DNA of 33,382 bases, taken from sequence record SRR20825010_2287. One strand, written 5' to 3'. Both the position numbers and the translations under genes were made by a program. The notes beneath the pieces were generated by a model, which saw only the letters and a list, made by a program, of their open reading frames with translations, was not told the DNA's origin and did no database searches. Below, one piece after another: positions 17,246 to 26,784 of the stretch; position 1 is the first letter of the stretch; each line of letters starts with the position of its first letter.

Positions 17246-18241
17246 ATGATCATACGCCACAAATTAACTTTACTCTTCTTACTTGTTATTTTTTGTTCCC
17301 TATTAGGGTGTTCACAGCAAAGCGAAAAGAGCAAAGCAAAAATGCTTGTTGTTGCCCCAGCATTGAACGTGGACTCTACCTATTCATTTATTCAAAAGCA
17401 GGTAGATTTTGGCCCACGTATTCCAAATTCCGAGGCACACAAAGCCGCTGGTGAATGGTTTGAAGAAAAGCTTAAGTCGTATGGAGCAAAAGTCTACCTT
17501 CAAGAATTTGAAGAAACCACTTACAACGGGGTTAAAATCGAACTCAAGAATGTTATCGCAAGCTTCAACCCCGAAAAGAAAAAACGCTTGCTTTTGGCTG
17601 CACATTGGGATACACGACCCTTTGCAGATAGCGACCCCAAGGATAAAAAGGCTCAACTGGACGGAGCCAATGATGGCGGAAGTGGCGTGGGAATACTTCT
17701 AGAAATAGCTCGAATTATTGGTTCAGTGAAAACCCCAGAAGTCGGTATCGACATCATTTTGTTCGATGGCGAAGACTGGGGGGATGCTGGAGAAGACTAT
17801 GGAAGAATGGCTGGGGGCAAAGATTCTTGGTGGTGTTTAGGCTCCCAGTATTGGAGTAAGAATAAGCACATTCCAAATTACACCGCCTATTATGGAGTGC
17901 TCCTCGATATGGTCGGGGCGAAAGACGCCACCTTTTATTATGATGGGGTTTCTCAAGAAAACGCAGGCCGTGTGCTTACTCAAGTTTGGGGTATCGCCAA
18001 TGAATTAGGCCATCAGAAATACTTTAAACAAGAAAGTGCTTTACAAAAGGGACTTATAGATGACCATGTCTATGTCAATAAATATGCTCGGATTCCGATG
18101 ATTGATATTATGGACTATAGAAAAGCACAAAAGAGCTTCTTCCCCGGCCACCATACTACACAAGATAATATGGAAGGAATAAGCAAAGCCACCCTAAAAG
18201 CAGTAGGCGAAACTTTGCTTACTGTTATCTATAATGAGTGA
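17246..18241 (+). CDS. M28-family lipoprotein, probable glutaminyl cyclase
   Basis: Lipobox LLGC; AHWDTRP; GANDGGSG; FDGEDWG; WCLGSQYW; LDMVG; DDH; HHT. Confidence 0.85.
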   Translation: MIIRHKLTLLFLLVIFCSLLGCSQQSEKSKAKMLVVAPALNVDSTYSFIQKQVDFGPRIPNSEAHKAAGEWFEEKLKSYGAKVYLQEFEETTYNGVKIELKNVIASFNPEKKKRLLLAAHWDTRPFADSDPKDKKAQLDGANDGGSGVGILLEIARIIGSVKTPEVGIDIILFDGEDWGDAGEDYGRMAGGKDSWWCLGSQYWSKNKHIPNYTAYYGVLLDMVGAKDATFYYDGVSQENAGRVLTQVWGIANELGHQKYFKQESALQKGLIDDHVYVNKYARIPMIDIMDYRKAQKSFFPGHHTTQDNMEGISKATLKAVGETLLTVIYNE

Positions 18242-19102
18242 TTATTTCAATAAACTCAATAAGTACTGTCCATACCCAGATTTCACTAAAGGTCTAGCTA
18301 CAGCTTCTAATTGTTCTTTAGAAATGAACTTCATTCTGTAAGCGATTTCTTCTATACAACTAATCTTAAAGCCCTGCCTTTCTTCAATGACTTGAACAAA
18401 TTGGCCGGCTTGCATTAAGGACTCAAAAGTACCTGTATCTAACCATGCCGTTCCTCTATCGAGGATGCTCACTTTAAGTTCGCCCTTTGATAAATATTCT
18501 TTATTTATATCCGTGATCTCCAGTTCTCCACGTGGGCTAGGTTTTAGATTTTTTGCAATTTCAACTACTCGGTTATCGTAGAAATAAAGACCAGGAACTG
18601 CATAATTCGATTTCGGTTCGGCTGGTTTTTCTTCAATACTTAGCGCATTCATTTGTTCATCAAACTCCACTACCCCGTATCGTTCTGGATCAGATACGCG
18701 ATAAGCATATACTACTCCTCCCTCTACCTCCGTATTGGATTGAAGTAGTTTTGGCAACCCTGAACCATAGAAAATATTGTCGCCTAGCACCAAGGCTACT
18801 TTGTCATCGCCTATAAATTCTTCTCCAATAATAAAGGCTTGCGCCAAACCTTCGGGGTTTTCTTGCACTGCATATTGAAAATCACAACCTAATTGACTTC
18901 CGTCTCCAAGCAGCTTCTTGAAAAGCGCATTGTCATGAGGCGTGGTAATGATCAGGATCTCTTTGATTCCAGCCATCATTAATATTGACAATGGATAGTA
19001 AATCATCGGCTTGTCATACACAGGCATTAACTGCTTACTAACCGCTAATGTTAAGGGGTGCAATCTTGTTCCTGAGCCTCCTGCAAGTATAATTCCTTTC
19101 AT
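18242..19102 (-). CDS. rfbA: Glucose-1-phosphate thymidylyltransferase
   Basis: [48 protein letters not shown]. Confidence 0.97.
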   Translation of the reverse strand: MKGIILAGGSGTRLHPLTLAVSKQLMPVYDKPMIYYPLSILMMAGIKEILIITTPHDNALFKKLLGDGSQLGCDFQYAVQENPEGLAQAFIIGEEFIGDDKVALVLGDNIFYGSGLPKLLQSNTEVEGGVVYAYRVSDPERYGVVEFDEQMNALSIEEKPAEPKSNYAVPGLYFYDNRVVEIAKNLKPSPRGELEITDINKEYLSKGELKVSILDRGTAWLDTGTFESLMQAGQFVQVIEERQGFKISCIEEIAYRMKFISKEQLEAVARPLVKSGYGQYLLSLLK

Positions 19103-19104
19103 AA

Positions 19105-20154
19105 TTAGTCTGTGTATTGATTATTGTAATAGGATTGGTACTGTCCAGATGTTACGTTGTTCAACCATTCTTCATTGGCCAAATACCAATCTACGGTTTT
19201 TTCCATTCCCTCTTCAAATTGTAAGGAAGGTTCCCAACCCAATTCTTCTTTAATCTTATTAGCGTCAATTGCATAGCGCATATCGTGGCCAGCTCTATCG
19301 GTTACGTAGGTAATCAACTTTTCAGAAGTACCTTCGGCCCTGCCCAACTTCTTGTCCATTACTTTGCAAAGTATCTTCACAATGTCAATGTTCTTCCATT
19401 CGTTAAAGCCACCAATGTTATAGGTTTCCCCCTGTTGTCCTTTATGGAAAATCATGTCAATGGCCTTGGCATGATCTTCTACAAAAAGCCAATCTCTGAT
19501 ATTTTCACCTTTGCCGTAAATAGGCAAAGCTTTACTGTTTTTTATATTGTTGATGCACAAGGGCAATAACTTTTCTGGGAACTGAAAAGGGCCATAATTA
19601 TTGGAACAATTTGAAACCACAATCGGCATTTTGTAAGTATTGGCATAAGCCCTAACGAAGTGATCTGAACTGGCTTTTGATGCTGAATAGGGTGATTGAG
19701 GGTCGTAAGAAGTGGTTTCTAAGAAATAGCCAGTTTCCCCCAACGAACCATACACCTCGTCAGTAGAAACGTGGTAGAAAAGTTTATTTTCGAAGTTTCC
19801 AGCCCAAGTTTTTTTAGCAACATTTAAAAGATTTACTGTTCCCATTACATTGGTTTTTACAAAAGCCAAAGGATCGGTAATTGAACGATCGACATGAGAT
19901 TCCGCAGCCAAGTGAATCACCGCATCAAACTCATGTTCTTTGTAAATACCATCTAAAAAATCCACATCATTAATATCTCCTTTTATAAAGTTATAATTAG
20001 ACTCTTCTTCAATATCCTTTAAGTTTTCGAGGTTACCAGCATAGGTAAGTGCATCTAAATTATAAATGGAATAATTGGGGTACTTCTTCACAAAAAGCCT
20101 CACCAAATGGCTCCCAATAAAACCTGCTCCGCCAGTAATTAAAATCTTCTTCAT
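19105..20154 (-). CDS. rfbB: dTDP-glucose 4,6-dehydratase
   Basis: [37 protein letters not shown]. Start moved to MKKIL at 20154 because a promoter box lies inside the longer ORF. Confidence 0.96.
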   Translation of the reverse strand: MKKILITGGAGFIGSHLVRLFVKKYPNYSIYNLDALTYAGNLENLKDIEEESNYNFIKGDINDVDFLDGIYKEHEFDAVIHLAAESHVDRSITDPLAFVKTNVMGTVNLLNVAKKTWAGNFENKLFYHVSTDEVYGSLGETGYFLETTSYDPQSPYSASKASSDHFVRAYANTYKMPIVVSNCSNNYGPFQFPEKLLPLCINNIKNSKALPIYGKGENIRDWLFVEDHAKAIDMIFHKGQQGETYNIGGFNEWKNIDIVKILCKVMDKKLGRAEGTSEKLITYVTDRAGHDMRYAIDANKIKEELGWEPSLQFEEGMEKTVDWYLANEEWLNNVTSGQYQSYYNNQYTD

Positions 20155-20175
20155 GTTTTCTGTATTGAACATGTT

Positions 20176-20183
20176 CAAAGATA
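20176..20183 (-). promoter_or_regulatory. -7 promoter box for rfbBA
   Basis: TATCTTTG 21 nt upstream of the ATG at 20154. Confidence 0.6.
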
Positions 20184-20271
20184 ACAGATTGCCACTATTC
20201 GACACCTTCTCTTTCGACAAGGTTGTAGCCCGCTTCGTTAAATGAACCAAAAAATTCGATAACGATTTTGC

Positions 20272-20312
20272 CTAACGATCGTTTGTTCGGTTAATGAAAT
20301 TGCGTAATTTTC
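20272..20312 (+). promoter_or_regulatory. Probable promoter of the acyl-CoA dehydrogenase with an overlapping palindromic operator
   Basis: TTTG(20282)-N19-TAATTTTC (one mismatch to consensus); palindrome CTAACGATCGTTTG overlaps the -33 box. Confidence 0.5.
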
Positions 20313-20328
20313 ACAAAATATTACAACC

Positions 20329-21468
20329 ATGGATTTTGAGCTGAACGAAAACCAAACCATGATCGCTAGTATGATCAAGGATTTTGGAGAGAAAGAAATA
20401 ACTCCTTTTAGAAATAAGTGGGACGATGACCAGACCTTCCCAATAGACGTAATGAAAAAATTGGGCGAACTCGGCCTTATGGGCGTTGTGGTTCCTCAAG
20501 AGTACGGTGGCTCTGGCTTCGGTTATGACGAATACATCACTGCTATTATGGAATTGACCAAACTCGACCCAGGGATTGGACTTTCAATGGCTGCACATAA
20601 CTCTTTGTGTACCGGTCATATTCTACAGTTTGGTAGCGAAGCACAAAAGAAAAAATGGTTGCCCAAACTGGCTACCGCTGAATGGATTGGGTCTTGGGGC
20701 TTAACCGAACCAAACACAGGTTCTGATGCAGGAAACATGAAAACTACTGCAAAAAAGGAGGGTAATGAATGGGTACTAAACGGTACCAAAAACTGGATTA
20801 CGCACGGCAAAAGCAGTGATATTACGGTTGTGATTGTTCGTACTGGCGAAGTGGGCGATTCTCATGGAATGACCGCCTTTGTGGTAGAAAGAGGCACTCC
20901 TGGTTTTAAGGGGGGTAAAAAAGAAGACAAGTTAGGAATGCGTAGCTCAGAAACGGCAGAAATGATTTTTGAAGATTGTCGCATTCCAGAAGAAAATGTT
21001 TTGGGTGAAGTAGGCCAAGGCTTTATTCAATCCATGAAGGTTTTGGACGGAGGTAGAATTTCTATTGCCGCCCTTAGTTTAGGTATTGCAGAAGGCGCAT
21101 TTGAGGCAGCATTGAAATACTCTCAAGAAAGGGAACAGTTCAATCAACCAATTTTCAACTTCCAAGGCATTTCCTTCAAGCTCTCTGACATGGCTACAAA
21201 GCTAGAGGCTGCCAAGCTTCTAACCTTTAGAGCAGCTGAATTAAAAAACAATGGAAAAAGCGTGACCAAGGAATCGGCCATGGCTAAATATTACGCTTCT
21301 GAATGTGCAGTAGAATTCTCTAACGAAGCCGTTCAGATTTTCGGTGGCTACGGTTATACCAAAGATTATCCTGTAGAAAAATTCTACCGCGATTCTAAGC
21401 TTTGTACGATTGGCGAAGGCACTTCAGAAATTCAAAAATTGGTGATTTCAAGGTCAATCTTGAAGTAA
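20329..21468 (+). CDS. Acyl-CoA dehydrogenase (short/branched-chain type)
   Basis: [53 protein letters not shown]. Confidence 0.93.
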   Translation: MDFELNENQTMIASMIKDFGEKEITPFRNKWDDDQTFPIDVMKKLGELGLMGVVVPQEYGGSGFGYDEYITAIMELTKLDPGIGLSMAAHNSLCTGHILQFGSEAQKKKWLPKLATAEWIGSWGLTEPNTGSDAGNMKTTAKKEGNEWVLNGTKNWITHGKSSDITVVIVRTGEVGDSHGMTAFVVERGTPGFKGGKKEDKLGMRSSETAEMIFEDCRIPEENVLGEVGQGFIQSMKVLDGGRISIAALSLGIAEGAFEAALKYSQEREQFNQPIFNFQGISFKLSDMATKLEAAKLLTFRAAELKNNGKSVTKESAMAKYYASECAVEFSNEAVQIFGGYGYTKDYPVEKFYRDSKLCTIGEGTSEIQKLVISRSILK

Positions 21469-21496
21469 TAAATCCACGATTTCAATAATGTTTAAG

Positions 21497-21525
21497 AAGG
21501 GCAGCCATTTAGCTGTCCTTTTTTT
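21497..21525 (+). terminator. Intrinsic terminator
   Basis: AAGGGCAGC-CATTTA-GCTGTCCTT followed by a T-run. Confidence 0.8.
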
Positions 21526-21557
21526 GTGGAAATCAGTGATTTAGAAAAAAAAACCTC

Positions 21558-21591
21558 TATTTTTGCAGTCCAATTTGAAGGGAGGTGTTTC
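21558..21591 (+). promoter_or_regulatory. rpsU -7 box and extended Shine-Dalgarno
   Basis: TATTTTTG at 21558-21565; GAAGGGAGGTGTTTC at 21577-21591, 7 nt before the ATG. Confidence 0.8.
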
Positions 21592-21598
21592 AAGGATT

Positions 21599-21793
21599 AT
21601 GATTATTATAAACGTAAAAGAAAACGAATCTATCGACAGGGCTCTAAAAAGGTTCAAAAAGAAGTTTGAAAGAACGGGAGTTTTGAAAGAGCTAAGAGCA
21701 AGACAAGCTTACCAGAAACCTTCAGTTGCTAATAGAGCTGAAAAGATCAAAGCTGCTTACAAAGAAAAAATGTACGCCAACGACAACTACTAA
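21599..21793 (+). CDS. rpsU: 30S ribosomal protein bS21
   Basis: [22 protein letters not shown]...YQKPSV; 64 aa from the ATG at 21599. Confidence 0.97.
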   Translation: MIIINVKENESIDRALKRFKKKFERTGVLKELRARQAYQKPSVANRAEKIKAAYKEKMYANDNY

Positions 21794-21858
21794 GGCTTAC
21801 TTTTTCTAATCATATTTAATCACTATGTTAGTACTGTTTGCAAATGCGCAGTACTAGC

Positions 21859-22740
21859 ATGGTTGATTCATTCCTTAAATACATATCGTTCGAAAAAAGA
21901 TACAGTAAGCATACTGTTATTTCCTATCAATCAGATCTCGGGCAATTCACAAACTACATTTCGGAACATTTTAAATGCAGTGACCTTAATTCGGCCACTC
22001 AAATTATGGTGCGTTCTTGGGTGCTGTCTTTAATGGACGATGGCACTTCTCCCCGCACCGTCAACCGAAAAATTGCAAGCCTAAGGGCCTACTACAAGTT
22101 TCTTATCAAAAGAAACGAAATCGAAAAAGACCCTACTTCGAAAGTTCGCTTACTTAAAACCCAAAAAGACCTACCTAGCTTTGCCGATGAAAAAGAATTA
22201 GTCAACCTTTTGGACAGGTTTGAGTTTACTAATGACCTTGAAGGACTGAGACAAAAGTTAATTATTGAATTACTTTACGGAACAGGCATAAGATTATCAG
22301 AATTAATTGGACTCAAAGATTCCGATATAAACCACCATCAAAATACACTTAAAGTATTGGGTAAGAGAAACAAAGAGCGGGTGATCCCCATAGCGGCACC
22401 ACTCCTTTCCCTCATAGCGCAATACAAAGCTGAGAAAAATCATGTATTTGGAGGCAATCCAAATGCGTTTTTACTCGTAAACAACAAAGGAGACAAGACA
22501 TATCCGATGATGATTTACAGAATAGTAAATAGTTTCCTGAATATGGTTTCTTCTACCGAGAAGAAAAGTCCACACGCCCTGCGCCATACATTTGCCACGC
22601 ACCTTCTAAACAAAGGTGCAGACCTCAACGCTGTGAAAGATCTTTTAGGGCACAGCAGTTTGGCGGCAACGCAGGTTTATACACACAATTCGCTTGAAAA
22701 ACTGAAATCGGTTTTTGATCAGGCACACCCTAAAGCTTAA
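21859..22740 (+). CDS. xerC: Tyrosine recombinase XerC
   Basis: RYSKHT; LYGTGIRLSEL; GKRNKER; HALRHTFATHLL; LLGHSSLAATQVY; conserved rpsU-xerC-hpf context. Confidence 0.9.
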   Translation: MVDSFLKYISFEKRYSKHTVISYQSDLGQFTNYISEHFKCSDLNSATQIMVRSWVLSLMDDGTSPRTVNRKIASLRAYYKFLIKRNEIEKDPTSKVRLLKTQKDLPSFADEKELVNLLDRFEFTNDLEGLRQKLIIELLYGTGIRLSELIGLKDSDINHHQNTLKVLGKRNKERVIPIAAPLLSLIAQYKAEKNHVFGGNPNAFLLVNNKGDKTYPMMIYRIVNSFLNMVSSTEKKSPHALRHTFATHLLNKGADLNAVKDLLGHSSLAATQVYTHNSLEKLKSVFDQAHPKA

Positions 22741-22765
22741 GTTTTAACCCTTAAACATTACGATT

Positions 22766-23062
22766 ATGAAAGTACAAATTCAATCCGTTCACTTCGTTGC
22801 AGACAACAAATTAACCGACTTTATTCAGAAGAAATTAGATAAACTAGACACCTTTTACGACCGAACTATTGATGCTGAAGTCATTTTGAGAGTGAATAAT
22901 GAGGGAATTGAAAACAAAACGGTTGAAATTAAATTGAATGTTCCGGGCGACCAGCTTTTTGCTGAAAAAACCAACGGTTCGTTCGAGGCGGCAACTGACC
23001 ATTGTACTGAAGCCTTGCGTAGACAAATCAAAAAGCACAAAGAGAAATCTTTGGCACACTAA
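22766..23062 (+). CDS. hpf: Ribosome hibernation promoting factor (HPF/RaiA)
   Basis: MKVQIQSVHF; KKLDKLD; SFEAATD; LRRQIKKHKEK. Confidence 0.92.
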   Translation: MKVQIQSVHFVADNKLTDFIQKKLDKLDTFYDRTIDAEVILRVNNEGIENKTVEIKLNVPGDQLFAEKTNGSFEAATDHCTEALRRQIKKHKEKSLAH

Positions 23063-23085
23063 GAATAGATAAAATTCATTAAATC

Positions 23086-23122
23086 AAATGAGCTGCTTTT
23101 GTAAAAAGGCAGCTCATTTTTT
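23086..23122 (+). terminator. Intrinsic terminator
   Basis: AAATGAGCTGCTTTT-GTA-AAAAGGCAGCTCATTTTTT. Confidence 0.85.
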
Positions 23123-23228
23123 ATTGTTGTTTTGGGAATAATTTGAGCTGACACACCTATATTGATCCTAATTTTTCTGTAAAAAGAATAAATGGTCAAT
23201 AAGTTTTACTGAAATTAACTGGTCAACA

Positions 23229-24272
23229 ATGTCACCAAAACTCAAAACCTATATCTGTCTCCTACTATCCGTTTTCATTTTTGCCAGTTGTGGCTCATCT
23301 GGAAGTGATACCTCGAATCAAGACATAATCGTCAAAGAATTTCCCAAAACACTTTCCATTTCCGGCAAACCTTTAATGGACATAGAAATTACCACAGATT
23401 GGGCCAATTTAGTTGTAGTTGATACATTTTTAGTGATTCAAAAAAGAGAAGCTCTTTTCATAAAGATATACAGTACTAATAGCCATCAACTTCTTGCTGA
23501 AATTGGCACTCAGGGTTCAGGTCCAAATGAATTTGAAATGCCCGATTTATTGAAACAAGTCTCTTACGATAAAGAGAATAACTCTCCCATATTAACATTA
23601 TACGACCTAGGCACTTATCGAATCTCCAAAGTAAATATTCTAAAAGCAATTGAAGGCAGCGATAATGCCATTACACAAGAGCGTGCGCCTGATTTAAACA
23701 GTGTTACCGTAACTTTACACAATATTGATGACTCCCTCTTTTTAGCCAACCCTGAAACTGGTGGGAGGTTTGTAATTCTTAACTCCAGTACAAAGGACAC
23801 GACATATATTCCTTTTATTCCTGAATTAGATGTTGAAATGAAGGACTATACAAAATTCATGATCTTTCAGTCTTTGGTTGTGGTCAATAAAGAAAAAAAC
23901 AGATTCGTTGCAGCCCCCACTTACCTAAATGAGTTAAATTTCTTTGATTTGAAAGGGAATTATATTCACTCCACAATTATTAGCCCAAGGAAAAACCTGT
24001 TACCTCCTCCGGGAATTCAGATATTACCAGAGGGCATAATACGCCATTCCTCTTCATTGGTAGAAGTTGATAATAAAATTTATGCTTTAAAAACTGGGCC
24101 AGACGAAGGTAAAATTCAAGTGTTCGATTGGGACGGAAACCCTTTAGAACAGTATACTTTAGAAGTTAATAGTAGAATTGGCTCTTTTGCTTATGACAAA
24201 ATACACCAACGATTTTATGTGTGTTTTCCAGATGAAGAGCCTTATAACATTTATACTTACCCGTTAAATTAA
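23229..24272 (+). CDS. Beta-propeller lipoprotein (BF3164/TolB-like 6-bladed type)
   Basis: Lipobox FASC; GTQGSGPNEF; FFDLKGN; IQVFDWDGNPLEQY. Confidence 0.75.
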   Translation: MSPKLKTYICLLLSVFIFASCGSSGSDTSNQDIIVKEFPKTLSISGKPLMDIEITTDWANLVVVDTFLVIQKREALFIKIYSTNSHQLLAEIGTQGSGPNEFEMPDLLKQVSYDKENNSPILTLYDLGTYRISKVNILKAIEGSDNAITQERAPDLNSVTVTLHNIDDSLFLANPETGGRFVILNSSTKDTTYIPFIPELDVEMKDYTKFMIFQSLVVVNKEKNRFVAAPTYLNELNFFDLKGNYIHSTIISPRKNLLPPPGIQILPEGIIRHSSSLVEVDNKIYALKTGPDEGKIQVFDWDGNPLEQYTLEVNSRIGSFAYDKIHQRFYVCFPDEEPYNIYTYPLN

Positions 24273-24290
24273 GAGCTCCTATTTCAGCTT

Positions 24291-24454
24291 ATGAAACTTA
24301 ATTCTCCATCCCTTTAATACTGCTACTCGTTTTTGCTGGGTATTACTTTGGACACTACAGTTTAACTGATGGTCTATTTATTCTTATTGCAGGACTTGTA
24401 GGAGGAGGATTAGCAGAGTTAACAATTAAAAAATTGACTAAGAAAAAAACTTAG
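24291..24454 (+). pseudogene. Frameshifted small 2-TM membrane protein of about 54 aa, or a sequencing error
   Basis: ATG AAA CTT AA|TTC TCC...; adding one base gives MKLxFSIPLILLLVFAGYYFGHYSLTDGLFILIAGLVGGGLAELTIKKLTKKKT*. Confidence 0.55.
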
Positions 24455-24459
24455 TAACC

Positions 24460-25287
24460 TTACAAAGCAGATTCTTTTCTCTCCAACACCTTTAGCAAAT
24501 ACCCTACCTTTAATTCTCCCTCGCTGGTGGCGATAAAGTTCTCTCCAAAAAGAATTTTATTATCTATTTGACGATAAGTGCTCAGGGTTTTTAGTGGTTC
24601 TTTTCCTTTTTCAGAAGTGTCAGGATTTACGGTGGTCATTACACAGCGGGCGCAGGGCTTTACACCATACATTTCAATTCCATTACAAAACACCTTTCTT
24701 ATTTCATCTTCCTCGTGAGCTTTCCCTCCTTTAAAAACAATGCTTGGCCTGAACCTTCTCATGTCCATTGGCTCATCAAGTTTGGCACTCAATTGGGCCA
24801 AAGATTCTTCGCTGATCATCAGGTATGGATAGCCATCGGCAAAGCTGACTTTGTCAGTTTCTTGAATGGCATAGCGTTGGTCGGCTTGGCGAATGGAATC
24901 ATCGTGCATGTACATCAGTTTGCACTTCATTCCTAAAACAGTACTGAACCATTCGTCTGCTTCTGAGCTCACGGGTTTTGCAGCGCAGGTATCGTCCCAA
25001 ATGGTTACCATTTCGGGCGAAGTATTGGGTTCGTTCAAACTGATTTTTAGTGGGTTTACTGCTTCTGTTTTGTGTCGAACTATGATTTCAGAAGTCGTCA
25101 ATTCTGGCTGAAGCAAAGCCATTTTAGCGTATTTGCGTTGGGTAATGAATTGGTTGTTTTCATCGACCAACATAAACCTGCGGTCGTTTTGGAAACCACG
25201 ACTTTCTACTTTGGCTTTGGCTACTTCAATACCTGCCAATGACTTGATCGGATAAACATAAAGTGCGGTAATAATCAGGTTCGACAT
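24460..25287 (-). CDS. MOSC-domain protein (YcbX/mARC-like)
   Basis: YVYPIKSL; DRRFMLVD; FADGYP; RRFRP; KPCARC; FGEN. Confidence 0.92.
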   Translation of the reverse strand: MSNLIITALYVYPIKSLAGIEVAKAKVESRGFQNDRRFMLVDENNQFITQRKYAKMALLQPELTTSEIIVRHKTEAVNPLKISLNEPNTSPEMVTIWDDTCAAKPVSSEADEWFSTVLGMKCKLMYMHDDSIRQADQRYAIQETDKVSFADGYPYLMISEESLAQLSAKLDEPMDMRRFRPSIVFKGGKAHEEDEIRKVFCNGIEMYGVKPCARCVMTTVNPDTSEKGKEPLKTLSTYRQIDNKILFGENFIATSEGELKVGYLLKVLERKESAL

Positions 25288-25325
25288 GATGATTTGGTTT
25301 GGGCAGCTAAGTTATGTAAAACAAA

Positions 25326-26159
25326 TTATCTCCAATATTGATACCTGCTGACCGTGTCGAGTTCTAACTTGTAACCATTCCAAGAGCTTTGAGAAACTAA
25401 CAAGTTGGGGTAGCTTTTATCAAAGCTATAAACGTTTGTTTTGTCTTCGTCAAGCTTTACTTCCACTTGCCAAAAATCCCCCATATTCTTCACGCTAAAT
25501 TGGGCCTTGCAAATAGTTGGCTTTCTGACTTTGGTATTGATTTGGCTTTCTACCACTTGGTTTTCGAAGGTCAATCCATCTTCAAAATTTAAAGCCCTTA
25601 GTGCATAACTCAACTGGTCTTCCCATAAAAAATTGGTGCCACTTATTTCCATCTCACCATCGCCCTTCCCGTCAAAATAACTGTTGTAATCATATGCGTA
25701 ATGGTCGCCTTCTACTAAAAACTGTTTGAAGGTATTGCCGCACCATTCCTGACCGGTATGTGTCATTTTATACAGCTGGTCGGGTTGATCTCTTTTATAG
25801 AAAAGACTGCTGAGGTAATGATATGGATAGTTTTCGGTTTCAATTCTAGCAAACTTATTGACCTTCATCACGCTAAAAAGATCGTCTCTTTTATAGTCGT
25901 CTGTCTTTACATTCCATTCCTTATTGAACTCTTCTTTTACGGTAACAAAAACCTGATCGAAGCTTCTAGTTTTTCCATAAATATTCATTTCTGCACGGTA
26001 ATGTGCTACTTCGGCCAAGCCATCTTCCCACAGTTTATCCATTGCCCAATTTTGGTTGAAATGCTCATTCGGCACATATTGATCTTGAACTGAATTTTGT
26101 GGAGTACTGCAAGCAGTACTGATAAAAACGAGCAACAGTAAATTGACAATAGATTTCAT
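25326..26159 (-). CDS. Uncharacterised lipoprotein with a QEWCG motif
   Basis: Lipobox STAC; WEDGLAEVAHY; YPYHYLSS; QEWCGN; WEDQL; start 2 nt after the upstream stop. Confidence 0.8.
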   Translation of the reverse strand: MKSIVNLLLLVFISTACSTPQNSVQDQYVPNEHFNQNWAMDKLWEDGLAEVAHYRAEMNIYGKTRSFDQVFVTVKEEFNKEWNVKTDDYKRDDLFSVMKVNKFARIETENYPYHYLSSLFYKRDQPDQLYKMTHTGQEWCGNTFKQFLVEGDHYAYDYNSYFDGKGDGEMEISGTNFLWEDQLSYALRALNFEDGLTFENQVVESQINTKVRKPTICKAQFSVKNMGDFWQVEVKLDEDKTNVYSFDKSYPNLLVSQSSWNGYKLELDTVSRYQYWR

Positions 26160-26161
26160 GA

Positions 26162-26779
26162 TTATGCTTTTTTATGTTCGTTCAAAATATCCTGAGCCCA
26201 ATCGCCCAAGTCTTCTTCTGTATCAACATCATTTAAAACAGGCAGTTCAAAATACGAAAGCCCTTTCTTTTTAAAATCTTGAATGGTAGAAGAAAAAACG
26301 GCTTCGGTACTCCATTTCTTATTTTGGAATACATCAGTGATCAAGCTGTTCATTCCAATAAGATAATAGCCTCCATCCTCGGCTCCACCAATCACGGCAT
26401 CGTGTTTTTCGAGGGCAGAAAATGCTTGCTCCAAAATTTCAGTTGTTAAGTCATGACAGTCGCTGCCAATAACGCAGATACGTTCATAACCCTGTTGAAA
26501 AGCCGATTGAACGGCAGTCATCATTTTTTCACCCAAGTCACCATTGGACTGTAAGTCCTTAGAAAAACCTTCCGCTGACCACAAGTCATTTTCACCCAAA
26601 GCCTGATCGTAAAAAACCGTTTTGTCCACCGCTAAAGGTTGAGTTATTGATTTAGTACGCTCCAGTAGATGTTTATAAATTGCCAAAGCAGCTTCTTCTC
26701 CTACCGTAGCGGCCAAGCGGGTTTTTGCCTTTCCCAATTCTGGGTTTTTAACAAAAATAATGAGCAATGCTTTTCCCAT
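26162..26779 (-). CDS. TIGR04282/DUF2064-family GT-A (CofC-like) transferase
   Basis: FVKNPELGKAKTRLA; GDLGEKM; VIGSDC; GGAEDGGYYLIG; DVDTEEDL. Confidence 0.9.
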   Translation of the reverse strand: MGKALLIIFVKNPELGKAKTRLAATVGEEAALAIYKHLLERTKSITQPLAVDKTVFYDQALGENDLWSAEGFSKDLQSNGDLGEKMMTAVQSAFQQGYERICVIGSDCHDLTTEILEQAFSALEKHDAVIGGAEDGGYYLIGMNSLITDVFQNKKWSTEAVFSSTIQDFKKKGLSYFELPVLNDVDTEEDLGDWAQDILNEHKKA

Positions 26780-26784
26780 AAATC

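Noticed and set aside
20155..20250. N-terminal extension of rfbB (likewise the track extensions of rpsU, xerC and infB)
   Set aside because: For rfbB and rpsU, promoter or SD elements lie within the extension; in all four, the family-typical N-terminus begins at the downstream ATG
21859..22740. Tyrosine recombinase as a prophage or island integrase
   Set aside because: XerC-like size and motifs in the housekeeping rpsU-xerC-hpf context; no att repeats or phage genes nearby
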